From positions 1 to 42,474 of the IMG/VR virus record IMGVR_UViG_3300020470_000042: 42,474 bases of DNA, one strand, 5' to 3'. A program made the translations under genes and the position numbers. Position 1 is the stretch's first letter. Each line of letters begins with the position of its first letter. Positions 1 through 8,250 of this stretch are shown here, in pieces. The notes under the pieces are model-generated. The model was not told the origin of the DNA, did no database searches, and saw only the letters and a list, made by a program, of their open reading frames with translations. This DNA is from a virus (lineage: Duplodnaviria > Caudoviricetes).

Positions 1-89
1 CTATTTTTTTTATTTTTTTTTTTATTTTTTCCTTATACTAATAATGCCAATATGGAAATAAAAAAGGGCGAACATACGCTCGCCCTCTA
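1..89. repeat. terminal direct repeat, left copy
   Basis: 1-89 matches 42387-42474 except that one T-run is 11 nt here and 10 nt in the right copy. Confidence 0.95.
60..86 (-). terminator. rho-independent terminator of the leftward small-gene operon
   Basis: minus strand AGGGCGAgcgtatgtTCGCCCT stem-loop running into a T6 tract, just downstream of ORF 110-202. Confidence 0.8.
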
Positions 90-109
90 ATTAGATTATT
101 GATCACCTC

Positions 110-202
110 CTAGAAGCTATGTAAAATCCATACTGCTGCTATTATTGTTGCAAACACGCAAAAGCCTCCAACAATCTCCCAAATGTATTCTTTAATACTC
201 AT
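110..202 (-). CDS. 30-aa single-TM membrane peptide (MSIKEYIWEIVGGFCVFATIIAAVWILHSF)
   Basis: translated by hand; ATG overlaps the TAA of ORF 202-417 (TAATG coupling); hydrophobic core. Confidence 0.6.
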   Translation of the reverse strand: MSIKEYIWEIVGGFCVFATIIAAVWILHSF

Positions 203-417
203 TATGCATCACTCCCAAAGGTATCACTCCATTCTTGTGGAGTAATGCCACTCTTAATGAACTCACGTTCAGCAGCATTAAGATTAGGGAAAGCATCTTG
301 AAGTAATGCTCCCTCTCCATGATACGCATGGAGTTGATCCCTTGTTATATTTAACTCCATAGAGTTAGTTTTGCCAGATAGCATTGAAGTTCTAGTTAGC
401 TTTAATTTATTACTCAT
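202..417 (-). CDS. small hypothetical phage protein
   Basis: 71 aa, LLQDAFPNLNAAEREFIKSGITPQEW motif typical of small phage early proteins; TAATG coupled to the upstream ORF. Confidence 0.8.
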   Translation of the reverse strand: MSNKLKLTRTSMLSGKTNSMELNITRDQLHAYHGEGALLQDAFPNLNAAEREFIKSGITPQEWSDTFGSDA

Positions 418-503
418 TATTTAAAGCCTCCTGATAACCAATAACACCATGTAATTGCAAAGATCGCTGCAAACAATGGTGAGAATAATAATAACATGTC
501 CAT
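417..503 (-). CDS. 28-aa single-TM membrane peptide (MDMLLLFSPLFAAIFAITWCYWLSGGFK)
   Basis: translated by hand; strong RBS AAAGGAGAAAG upstream; stop overlaps the next ATG. Confidence 0.65.
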   Translation of the reverse strand: MDMLLLFSPLFAAIFAITWCYWLSGGFK

Positions 504-541
504 ATACTTTCTCCTTTATGTCGGATTTATTCCGATAATTA

Positions 542-571
542 TTACTACGATGTATTAATTTATTTGTACAC
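542..571 (-). promoter_or_regulatory. putative sigma70-type promoter for the leftward small genes
   Basis: GTGTACA-N17-TAGTAA with an A-rich upstream tract; same pattern as five other sites. Confidence 0.55.
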
Positions 572-725
572 CTTTTTATTTATATTTTTATTTATTACTA
601 CTATTATACTACTTCGTTGTCTTGATTAAATATCTATTTATATCAAAATTTCCTATCCACTCCCTGTTAGCTCTGATTCTTGGAGCGAGTTGCGCGGTCT
701 TGTGTGCTCGTGCCTGCAATCGCGC

Positions 726-738
726 TAAGTTATTGATA
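726..738 (-). promoter_or_regulatory. IHF consensus site
   Basis: TATCAATAACTTA is a perfect match to WATCAANNNNTTR. Confidence 0.5.
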
Positions 739-929
739 TAAAACAATAAAAACTAATCTGGCTCCTGGTCCCTCGCCTGGGCCCGGGGCGTAAGCGCACG
801 CGTCCGCGGCTCTAGAGCGCCTATTCAGTTGACCTGCGGGGGAAGTTATTTGAATCGGACATTATCCGATCATATTATGTATTAGTATAGACAAATAATA
901 TTAATTAATTTTTTTAATATTTGTAGACA

Positions 930-945
930 GCCAATAAATACAATA
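930..945. repeat. 16-bp inverted repeat, partner of 42364-42379
   Basis: GCCAATAAATACAATA is the exact reverse complement of TATTGTATTTATTGGC at 42364-42379. Confidence 0.85.
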
Positions 946-964
946 GGCCAATATGTACTATTCA

Positions 965-994
965 GTTTACTTTTACTATATAATATCGTAGAAT
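965..994 (+). promoter_or_regulatory. putative promoter of the terminase/morphogenesis operon
   Basis: GTTTACT-N17-TAGAAT, followed by a GGAGG RBS and the ATG at 1014. Confidence 0.65.
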
Positions 995-1013
995 ATCGGT
1001 TGCGGAGGTATAA

Positions 1014-1340
1014 ATGAGCAAAGGTGGCGCTAGGCCAGGGGCTGGTCGTCCTAAAGGTCAGGCAAATAAAAGAACACAAGCGATACAAGAAAGACTAGAA
1101 GAGTTGCAGTGCGATCCAATAGAAGGCATGGCAATGATCGCTAATGATATGTCTCTTGATCATTCATTAAGACTAGCAGCTATGAAAGAGCTTGCTCAAT
1201 ACGTGGCTCCTAAACGTAAGGCCGTGGATATGGCTACTACATTCGATGGTTCAGTTAATATTGAAGTTGTTAAATTTAGTGAAATAGAAAAACAAGAAGC
1301 AATAGAAGAGGACGATGATGAAGATTCAAGTTCCCATTGA
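1014..1340 (+). CDS. terS: terminase small subunit
   Basis: N-terminal GGARPGAGRPKG motif, RLAAMKELAQYVAPKRK helix, position immediately before terL. Confidence 0.8.
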   Translation: MSKGGARPGAGRPKGQANKRTQAIQERLEELQCDPIEGMAMIANDMSLDHSLRLAAMKELAQYVAPKRKAVDMATTFDGSVNIEVVKFSEIEKQEAIEEDDDEDSSSH

Positions 1341-2619
1341 CTGGCGTCCTCGGCCCTATCAAATGCCTATGTGGGAGTTTATGGAGAACGGGGGCAAAAG
1401 AGCCGTGTGCGTTTGGCATAGACGTGCGGGTAAGGATTTATGTAGTATTAACTGGTGTGCCGTTTCCGCGTTAACGCGTCCCGGCCTTTACTGGCATCTA
1501 TTTCCAACGTATAATCAGGGTCGTAAAATTGCTTGGGACGGGATGACCAGAGATGGTAGAAAGTTTTTAGATCATTTTCCAGAAGAAATGCACGAAGCTA
1601 AAAACAATACTGAAATGAGGTTGACATTAAAAAACGGGTCAATATATCAAGTTGTTGGAACAGATAACGTAGATCGTCTTGTTGGAGCAAATCCAGTAGG
1701 GGTTGTGTTTTCAGAGTATGCGCTCCAAGATCCTAGAGCCTGGGATTATATACGACCTATCTTAGCAGAAAATGGCGGCTGGGCCATGTTCATATATACT
1801 GCAAGAGGTAGAAATCATGGCTATGACTTATTAAATATGGCCAGAAAGAATGAGACTTGGTTTCAACAGGTGCTCTCTGTTGAAGATACGCGGGCCATTC
1901 CACTATCGGCAGTCGACGACGAACGTGCGGCTGGTATGCCTGATGAAATGATCCAACAGGAGTTCTTTTGCTCGTTTGACGCCCCGCTCGTTGGATCGTA
2001 CTATGGTAATGCGATGGCCCGCCTATTAGCTGATAACCACATTACTAAAGTGCCATATGAACCTACTTTAGACGTGCATACTGCATGGGACCTTGGTGTT
2101 GGAGACTCTACAGTCATACTTTTCTTCCAGATGCATCATAATGAAGTTAGAATTATAGACTACTATGAAAATGAAGGCGAAGGTCTAGCTCACTACGTAA
2201 AAACTATTAGAGAAAAAGAATACGTATACGGCGACCATATCGCACCCCACGATATACAAGTTAGAGATTTTAGTACTGGAAAATCTAGATTAGAAGTTGC
2301 AAGAGAACTAGGAATAAGGTTTAGAGTAGTACCACAACTTAGAATAGATGATGGTATTGAAGCAGTAAGAACTGTGCTGCCAAGGTGTTATATGGATGAA
2401 GATAAGTGTGCAAGACTAATAGAAGCATTAAGACAATATAGAAAAGACTACGACGAAAAGAATAAAACATTTAGAGACCGTCCTTTGCACGACTGGACGT
2501 CTCACCCTGCCGATGCAATGAGATATTTAGCTTTAGGAATTAGAGATCGTATTAATAAACGCCTATCAAATTTACCTCGACAGGCGGAAGGGGAGTACGC
2601 AATATTTGATCAATACTAG
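1315..2619 (+). CDS. terL: terminase large subunit
   Basis: PRPYQ adenine-binding motif, WHRRAGKD Walker A, VVFSE Walker B, WDLG nuclease Asp, HPADAMRY C-terminal motif. Confidence 0.95.
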   Translation: MMKIQVPIDWRPRPYQMPMWEFMENGGKRAVCVWHRRAGKDLCSINWCAVSALTRPGLYWHLFPTYNQGRKIAWDGMTRDGRKFLDHFPEEMHEAKNNTEMRLTLKNGSIYQVVGTDNVDRLVGANPVGVVFSEYALQDPRAWDYIRPILAENGGWAMFIYTARGRNHGYDLLNMARKNETWFQQVLSVEDTRAIPLSAVDDERAAGMPDEMIQQEFFCSFDAPLVGSYYGNAMARLLADNHITKVPYEPTLDVHTAWDLGVGDSTVILFFQMHHNEVRIIDYYENEGEGLAHYVKTIREKEYVYGDHIAPHDIQVRDFSTGKSRLEVARELGIRFRVVPQLRIDDGIEAVRTVLPRCYMDEDKCARLIEALRQYRKDYDEKNKTFRDRPLHDWTSHPADAMRYLALGIRDRINKRLSNLPRQAEGEYAIFDQY

Positions 2620-3070
2620 AGATATTACAGAAAAAGACGTACCGATAGTAGTAGATTTAGCAAGACAATGCCACGTTGAATCAAACTATTCTGCTTTAAT
2701 TTTTGACCCAGAAGTTGTTACTACGTTAGCCGAATCTATGCTTTTGGACCCTTCAGTAAGATTTTGTAGAGTAGCCGAAAAAGAAAATAAAATCTTTGCG
2801 ATGTACGCGGGGTTTATTTCGCAGTATATTTTCAGCAAAGATTTAATGGCTAGCGACCTTTTATTGTATGTAGAGCCTTCAAAACGTGGTACTTTAGCTG
2901 CCGTTAAACTAATGAAGGAATTTGAAATGTGGGCCTTTGATAATGGAGCTTTAGAAATAAGACCTGCTGTTACTACGGGAATTAAAATAGAAAAAACTAA
3001 AAAATTGCATGAAATTTTAGGATATACGACAAGTGGACACACGTTTATAAAAAGGAGGCAGTATGTGTAG
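2606..3070 (+). CDS. GNAT-family acetyltransferase
   Basis: LYVEPSKRGTLAA acetyl-CoA-binding motif A and LHEILGY motif B. Confidence 0.8.
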   Translation: MINTRDITEKDVPIVVDLARQCHVESNYSALIFDPEVVTTLAESMLLDPSVRFCRVAEKENKIFAMYAGFISQYIFSKDLMASDLLLYVEPSKRGTLAAVKLMKEFEMWAFDNGALEIRPAVTTGIKIEKTKKLHEILGYTTSGHTFIKRRQYV

Positions 3071-3350
3071 AGCAATATTCGATACCGTTAAAAAAGTATT
3101 TGGCGGTAGTAAAAGAAGTACTACGGTTACTAAATCTGCAACTAAAACGCCTCCTCCAAAAGTAGTTCCTCCCGCTTCAGCAGATGCTGCAAAAGATGTC
3201 AAAAAAACAGTGGATGACTTTACAGTTGCTGAAAAAATGAAAAAAGGTTTTAAATCAACAATACTTACTGGTAGTGAAGGTGTTAGTATGGAAACCATAT
3301 TAAAACGCCGATTAACAGGTGGTTCGTCAGAAAAAGCTGGTAGGTACTAA
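3063..3350 (+). CDS. small basic virion-associated protein preceding portal
   Basis: MC start, PPP stretch and G(F/R)xSTILTG motif typical of this position in BPP-1-like podoviruses; AGGAGG RBS. Confidence 0.65.
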   Translation: MCRAIFDTVKKVFGGSKRSTTVTKSATKTPPPKVVPPASADAAKDVKKTVDDFTVAEKMKKGFKSTILTGSEGVSMETILKRRLTGGSSEKAGRY

Positions 3351-4969
3351 TGAACGGACAAGTAGACAGCATTATAAAAAGATTAGACCAGTTAGAGTCT
3401 CACAGGGCTCCCTGGGAACAACTGTGGCAAGATTGTACAGATTATGTTAATCCTCGCCGTGGTGATTTTACAGTTAAACAATCTAGAGGAACCAGTACTC
3501 GGTTTGATAAAGTTTTTGATTCTACCGCTCCTTTAGCTAATGAGCAGCTAGCCAGCGGATTACATGGGCACTTAACAAATACTGCAGAAAACTGGTTTAG
3601 TTTTAAAGTATCGGGGATGGAGCCTAATCATTCAATAAGAGAATGGCTACAGCAATCAGTAGAAACTTTATTTGATCGTTGTTTTAATTTACCTGAAACT
3701 AATTTTATAACATCAATTCACGAGTTATATCTAGACCTAGGTTCATATGGAACAGGGGTAATTTATGTTGAAGACAGGCCAGGAAAAGCAATTCAATTTA
3801 GAAGCTTTCATTTAGCCGACTGTTATATTGCTGAAAACCACGAAGGCATTGTGGACACATTATACAGAAAATATAAGCATACAGCGAGACAATTATTACA
3901 ACTATATTCTGACGTACTTCCAGAAAAGTTTAAAGAAAATGCTGTAAAACAACCTTTTCAAGAATTTACTTGTGTGCACGCAGTAGAGCCTAGAGCAGAT
4001 TTAGATTATGGTAAAGAAGACAATACAAATATGCCGTGGAAATCTTGTTATGTATTGGTTGAAGAAAAACTTTTATTAGCTGAGTCTGGTTTTAGAGAAT
4101 TTCCTTATATGGTTCCCCGTTGGTCTAAAACTTCTGGAGAAGTGTACGGAAGATCACCAGCTATGATCTGTATGCCAGATATTAAAATGGTTAATGAGAT
4201 GATGAAGACTACTATTAGAGCTGCTCAAAAAGCCACAGATCCTCCACTCATGGTCCCTGATGACGGTTTTATGATGCCATTAAGAACTATTCCGGGAGGT
4301 CTAAATTATTATAGATCAGGAAGTCCAGACAAAATAGAAGCTTTACAAGGAGGCGAACGACCTGATATAGGTTTAGATTTTATAGATTCTAGAAGAGAGC
4401 ACATTAATAAATCTTTTCATGTTGACTGGCTTCAGTTAAGAGATGGTCCTCAAATGACTGCAACTGAAGTATTACAACGCCAAGAAGAAAAAATGAGACT
4501 TATGGGTCCAATGGTTGGAAGACTTCAGTCCGAGTTTCTAGGACCTATGCTCGATAGAGTTTTTAATATTATGACTAGAAGACAGCAAATTCCCATTCCT
4601 CCTCAAGATTTACAAGGTGCGGAATTAAAAGTCGATTATATTTCACCTGTAGCAAGAGCGCAAAAATCTAGTACCGTATTTAATTTTACAAGACTAATGG
4701 AGCAGGTTATTCCTTTAGCTAATGTTAAACCTGAAATTTTAGATAATATAGATCCAGATGGTACGTTTAGGTGGGCTCATGAAGCTCTTGATGCACCTAC
4801 AGAAACTTTATTAGATTTAGAAGAAGTCCAAAAAATAAGAGAACAGCGACAGCAAGAAGAGCAAGCAGCTCAACAAGCGGCCGTAGCCCAACAAGGCGGT
4901 GCTGCTATGAAAGATGTAACTCAAGCTATGCAAAATATGGAAATGAATGGACCAGAAGGAACAGCCTAA
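3350..4969 (+). CDS. portal (head-tail connector) protein
   Basis: 539 aa, FDSTA, PRW..GEVYGRSP and MTATEV..R.EEK...GP..GRL..E motifs of T7/BPP-1-type portals. Confidence 0.95.
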   Translation: MNGQVDSIIKRLDQLESHRAPWEQLWQDCTDYVNPRRGDFTVKQSRGTSTRFDKVFDSTAPLANEQLASGLHGHLTNTAENWFSFKVSGMEPNHSIREWLQQSVETLFDRCFNLPETNFITSIHELYLDLGSYGTGVIYVEDRPGKAIQFRSFHLADCYIAENHEGIVDTLYRKYKHTARQLLQLYSDVLPEKFKENAVKQPFQEFTCVHAVEPRADLDYGKEDNTNMPWKSCYVLVEEKLLLAESGFREFPYMVPRWSKTSGEVYGRSPAMICMPDIKMVNEMMKTTIRAAQKATDPPLMVPDDGFMMPLRTIPGGLNYYRSGSPDKIEALQGGERPDIGLDFIDSRREHINKSFHVDWLQLRDGPQMTATEVLQRQEEKMRLMGPMVGRLQSEFLGPMLDRVFNIMTRRQQIPIPPQDLQGAELKVDYISPVARAQKSSTVFNFTRLMEQVIPLANVKPEILDNIDPDGTFRWAHEALDAPTETLLDLEEVQKIREQRQQEEQAAQQAAVAQQGGAAMKDVTQAMQNMEMNGPEGTA

Positions 4970-5207
4970 TAAACTCTCAGCTATACACACTGAAATGAGA
5001 ACAGTGTTTTTAACTGAACCAGGGCAATCAGTATTGAATTACTTGTGCAAAATTGCTTACGTAAATGAAGCAACTTATGTACCAGGTGATACACACGAAA
5101 CGGCACACCGTGAAGGTATGCGAAGAGTTGTGTTAAGCATTTTGCGGTTTATTGATAGAGATCCGCAAGAATTATTAAATTTACCTAAGGAGACTATAGA
5201 TGAATGA
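4947..5207 (+). CDS. small head-module protein (Bbp19-like)
   Basis: F..E.G..VL..L and TAHREGMRRVVL motifs, located between portal and scaffold. Confidence 0.75.
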   Translation: MDQKEQPNKLSAIHTEMRTVFLTEPGQSVLNYLCKIAYVNEATYVPGDTHETAHREGMRRVVLSILRFIDRDPQELLNLPKETIDE

Positions 5208-6021
5208 AGTCGTAGAGTCCGCAGCACCTGAAAGTGCAGACGCGGGGAGCTCGGTTAGTGACTGGAAAGCTGGATTAGCTGACGATATACGTAATGACCC
5301 GGGCCTTGCAAGTATACAAGATGTAAATGGATTAGCCAAAAGCTTTCTCCATGGACAAAAATTAATTGGAGCAGATAAGGTAGTTATTCCAAAGCAAGAT
5401 GCCGCTCCAGAGGAGTGGGGTGATTTTTATAATCGTTTAGGAAGACCAGAAAAATATGAAATTGCAAGGCCACAATTAGCAGAAGGTTTAGAGTATGATT
5501 CTTCTATGGAAGAAAAAATGTTAGGCTTAATGCATAATGCTGGATTATCTCAAAGACAAGCAGAAGCTGTTTTTAACGGATATATGGATTATATAAACGA
5601 TACACACGTAGAAAACACAAAAAACCAAGAATTAAAAACAGGGGAGTGGGATACTGCTTTACGAAAAGACTTCGGCAATGCTTATGACGAGCGAGTAGAT
5701 TTAGCTCGTAGAGCTGTTACAGAATTTGGTGGTGACGAACTTAAAAACTTTTTAGACGAAACTGGCTTTGGTAATCACCCAGGCTTTGTTAAAGCTTTTG
5801 CAAATATAGGACAAAAAATGATGGAAGCAGGAGCAGATACTTCAGGACAAGGTCAAAGTTTTCAATTAACTCCAGCTGGAGCCCAACAAGAAATAGCTAG
5901 ATTACAAAGAGATCCAAATTTTATGAATCAATATAGTAATAAAGATGCAGATGGCCATCAGGCAGCAATAGAAAAATTTCAACAGCTTTTTGAGTTTGCT
6001 TATCCAGATCAAAACGGTTAG
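5200..6021 (+). CDS. capsid scaffolding/assembly protein
   Basis: acidic helical protein with EEWGDFYNRLGRPE and GFGNHP motifs, directly upstream of the capsid gene. Confidence 0.85.
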   Translation: MNEVVESAAPESADAGSSVSDWKAGLADDIRNDPGLASIQDVNGLAKSFLHGQKLIGADKVVIPKQDAAPEEWGDFYNRLGRPEKYEIARPQLAEGLEYDSSMEEKMLGLMHNAGLSQRQAEAVFNGYMDYINDTHVENTKNQELKTGEWDTALRKDFGNAYDERVDLARRAVTEFGGDELKNFLDETGFGNHPGFVKAFANIGQKMMEAGADTSGQGQSFQLTPAGAQQEIARLQRDPNFMNQYSNKDADGHQAAIEKFQQLFEFAYPDQNG

Positions 6022-6050
6022 TGTACGAATAACAAAAAACGCTGTAGAAT
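6021..6050 (+). promoter_or_regulatory. putative promoter for the major capsid gene
   Basis: GTGTACG-N17-TAGAAT. Confidence 0.65.
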
Positions 6051-6056
6051 ACAAAA

Positions 6057-6127
6057 TTGGGTAGCGGGAAACCGTCCGAGTCATTACCCCGGACTATAAA
6101 GGGCAGCAGAGGTCCGCAAGGGCAGCC
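6057..6127 (+). ncRNA. structured 5' leader of the capsid mRNA (candidate cis-regulatory RNA)
   Basis: GC-rich; two GNRA-capped hairpins (CGG-GAAA-CCG; TCC-GCAA-GGG) with YAG bulges; three GGGYAGC copies. Confidence 0.55.
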
Positions 6128-6167
6128 AAAGCGTTTAATTTAACTTGTTGAAATAGGAGGTGGACTT

Positions 6168-7052
6168 ATGTCTACACAAATCACGACAGCCTTTGTACAA
6201 CAGTACAAAGCAAACGTCGAGCACCTTCTTCAGCAGAAAGGTTCCCGCCTTAGATCTGCAGTAAGAGTTGAAACTCAAAGTGCTGAGTATGACTTTTACG
6301 ACCGAATTGGCGCGACTTCTGCACAAGAGGTGACTGGACGTCATCAAGATACTCCTCTCATCAATGTTCCTCACGATCGTAGACGTTGTTCGTTGAGAGA
6401 TTTTGACTGGGCTGAGTTAATCGACAGACCAGATCGAATAAGATTGCTTATAGATCCTACATCCCCTTATTCTCAGAATGCTTCTTTTGCATTAGGGCGT
6501 AAAATGGATGAGATCATTCTTGAAGCGTTTTATGGATCTGTCTCAACCGGAAAGACCGGATCAAGTACTGTAACGTTTCCTGCAGGGCAGCAAATTGCTC
6601 ATAACTATGTAGAAAGCGGTTCAGCAGCTAATTCTGGTTTAACAGTAGCTAAACTACGTAAAGCAAAAGAGTTGCTAGATGCCGCGGAAACTGATCCAGG
6701 CGAAGCAAGGTACGTCATTTGTACTGCAAAGCAAATTACAGATTTGTTGCAAACAACTGAAGTAACAAGTTCTGACTTTAACGTTGTTAGAGCTCTTGTT
6801 CAAGGCGACGTAAATTCTTTCATGGGCTTTGAGTTCATACGCACAGAACTCGTAAATACAGATGGTAGCTCTTATCGTCGTGTTCCAGCCTACACTAAAT
6901 CTGGTTTACTCTTAGCAGTAGGCATGGATGTAAATGTAGACATTGGACCAAGACGCGATAAGCGTAATGCCACTCAAGTTTACTGCTCAGCTTCTTTTGG
7001 AGCAATCCGAATGGAAGAAGAAAAAGTCGTTGAAATTAAGTGCGTAGAATAG
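6168..7052 (+). CDS. major capsid protein
   Basis: MSTQITTAFVQQY..V.HLLQQKGSRLR start, ALGRKMD, GAIRMEEEKVV end, typical of BPP-1-like capsids; AGGAGG RBS. Confidence 0.92.
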   Translation: MSTQITTAFVQQYKANVEHLLQQKGSRLRSAVRVETQSAEYDFYDRIGATSAQEVTGRHQDTPLINVPHDRRRCSLRDFDWAELIDRPDRIRLLIDPTSPYSQNASFALGRKMDEIILEAFYGSVSTGKTGSSTVTFPAGQQIAHNYVESGSAANSGLTVAKLRKAKELLDAAETDPGEARYVICTAKQITDLLQTTEVTSSDFNVVRALVQGDVNSFMGFEFIRTELVNTDGSSYRRVPAYTKSGLLLAVGMDVNVDIGPRRDKRNATQVYCSASFGAIRMEEEKVVEIKCVE

Positions 7053-7063
7053 GAGAGTAAGTT

Positions 7064-7555
7064 ATGGCTGTTACAACTCAGAAAAGTACAGAGTATACCA
7101 ATGCTACTGCTACTCCTCCAACCTTTGCTCAACCGACAGAAATGCACGGAAGGGTTAGAGTAATGTTTTTTACTCATGACCAAGACGGTGCTGGTGATGC
7201 AGGTTCATCTGTTGCACTTGGAAAACTACCTGGAGGTAGAGTCCGTGTGCTTTTATCCATGTCTAGTATGTATTGTAACTGGACTACAGGATCAGCAACT
7301 CTTGACTTAGGTTGGGATGCTTTTACTGCAGTCGATGGTACAACTACTGCAGCCGATCCTGATGGCCTTATTGATGGTCTTAATGTTGAATCTGCTGGGT
7401 ACTTTTCAATGGATGGTGCTTTAGCAGGAATTAAAGCAACAGGTGGTACGCATGTTTTTGAAAGCAGAGACGGTGTTGTTATTCGTGCAACATCTCCTGG
7501 AGCAATTGCAACTGGAGATGATTTAGTAGGTTTTATTGCATACGTTGTTGACTAA
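7064..7555 (+). CDS. capsid decoration/cement protein
   Basis: beta-rich 163 aa following the capsid gene, GRVR motif, ends YVVD. Confidence 0.7.
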   Translation: MAVTTQKSTEYTNATATPPTFAQPTEMHGRVRVMFFTHDQDGAGDAGSSVALGKLPGGRVRVLLSMSSMYCNWTTGSATLDLGWDAFTAVDGTTTAADPDGLIDGLNVESAGYFSMDGALAGIKATGGTHVFESRDGVVIRATSPGAIATGDDLVGFIAYVVD

Positions 7556-7565
7556 TATTTAAAAT

Positions 7566-7594
7566 TAGCGAGGGGGAATAGTTCTCCCTCGTTA
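7566..7594 (+). terminator. stem-loop after the capsid genes (terminator or RNA stabiliser)
   Basis: TAGCGAGGGGGA-atagt-TCTCCCTCGTTA; no clear U-tract. Confidence 0.6.
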
Positions 7595-7605
7595 CTGGAG
7601 ATTTT

Positions 7606-7638
7606 ATGGGATATAAAAAGAAAAAGCCAAAAAAGTAA
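7606..7638 (+). CDS. 10-aa basic micropeptide MGYKKKKPKK
   Basis: GGAG 5 nt upstream of ATG; fills the intergenic gap before the tail tube A gene. Confidence 0.4.
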   Translation: MGYKKKKPKK

Positions 7639-7647
7639 GGTAACACA

Positions 7648-8250
7648 ATGGCCTCAACTACTACAGATATAGTAAACAGAAGTCTTGCTTTGTTAGGTGT
7701 TGATTCTATTACTTCTTTATCGGATAGTAGTAAATCCGCATCAACAGCAAATTTAATGTTTAATGATACGCGTTCTTCTATTTTTAGAGCGCATCCTTGG
7801 AATTGTTTAACTAAGCGTGCAACTTTAGCAAAGTCAGATACAGATCCAGTTTATGAGTTTTCAAATAGATTTGTATTGCCAGCAGATTTTTTAAGGTTAT
7901 TAGAAGTTGAAAACCCGACTCAAGTTGTATTCCAATTAGAAAGACGTCATATTTTATGTGATGACGATTCTATGAAAATAAAATACACGGCTTTAATAAC
8001 AGATATTTCAGTATACGATACTTTATTAATAGACGTTCTTGCTGCTCGTTTAGCAGCTGATTTAGCTCAGCCATTGTTACAAAGTACTTCAGCAATGGAA
8101 CAAATGTGGAAAATGTATGAGTTAAAACTTCGTGAAGCTAAGTTTATAGATGCTCAAGAACAAAACCAAGATGTTTTAGATGCAGATTACTGGATAGAAT
8201 CAAGGCAAGGAATATCAAGACCAAATATTAGTACTCCACCGAGGTACTAA
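7648..8250 (+). CDS. tail tubular protein A (adaptor, T7 gp11-like)
   Basis: IVNRSLALLG, HPWNC, LPADFLR and LAARLA motifs. Confidence 0.88.
   Translation: MASTTTDIVNRSLALLGVDSITSLSDSSKSASTANLMFNDTRSSIFRAHPWNCLTKRATLAKSDTDPVYEFSNRFVLPADFLRLLEVENPTQVVFQLERRHILCDDDSMKIKYTALITDISVYDTLLIDVLAARLAADLAQPLLQSTSAMEQMWKMYELKLREAKFIDAQEQNQDVLDADYWIESRQGISRPNISTPPRY

Noticed and set aside
779-818. Cloning-vector polylinker contamination
   Set aside because: Site order does not match a polylinker I recognise and the GC-rich character extends on both sides; kept as a finding pending VecScreen
882-1088. Minus-strand 68-aa ORF and the many other antisense or nested short ORFs in the track (e.g. 2686-3075, 9143-9466, 20088-20408, 36821-37117)
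   Set aside because: Shadows of well-supported genes or promoters; no RBS or recognisable motifs
6057-6127. tRNA or known riboswitch/ribozyme
   Set aside because: No cloverleaf or T-loop, and no aptamer or ribozyme consensus I can recognise
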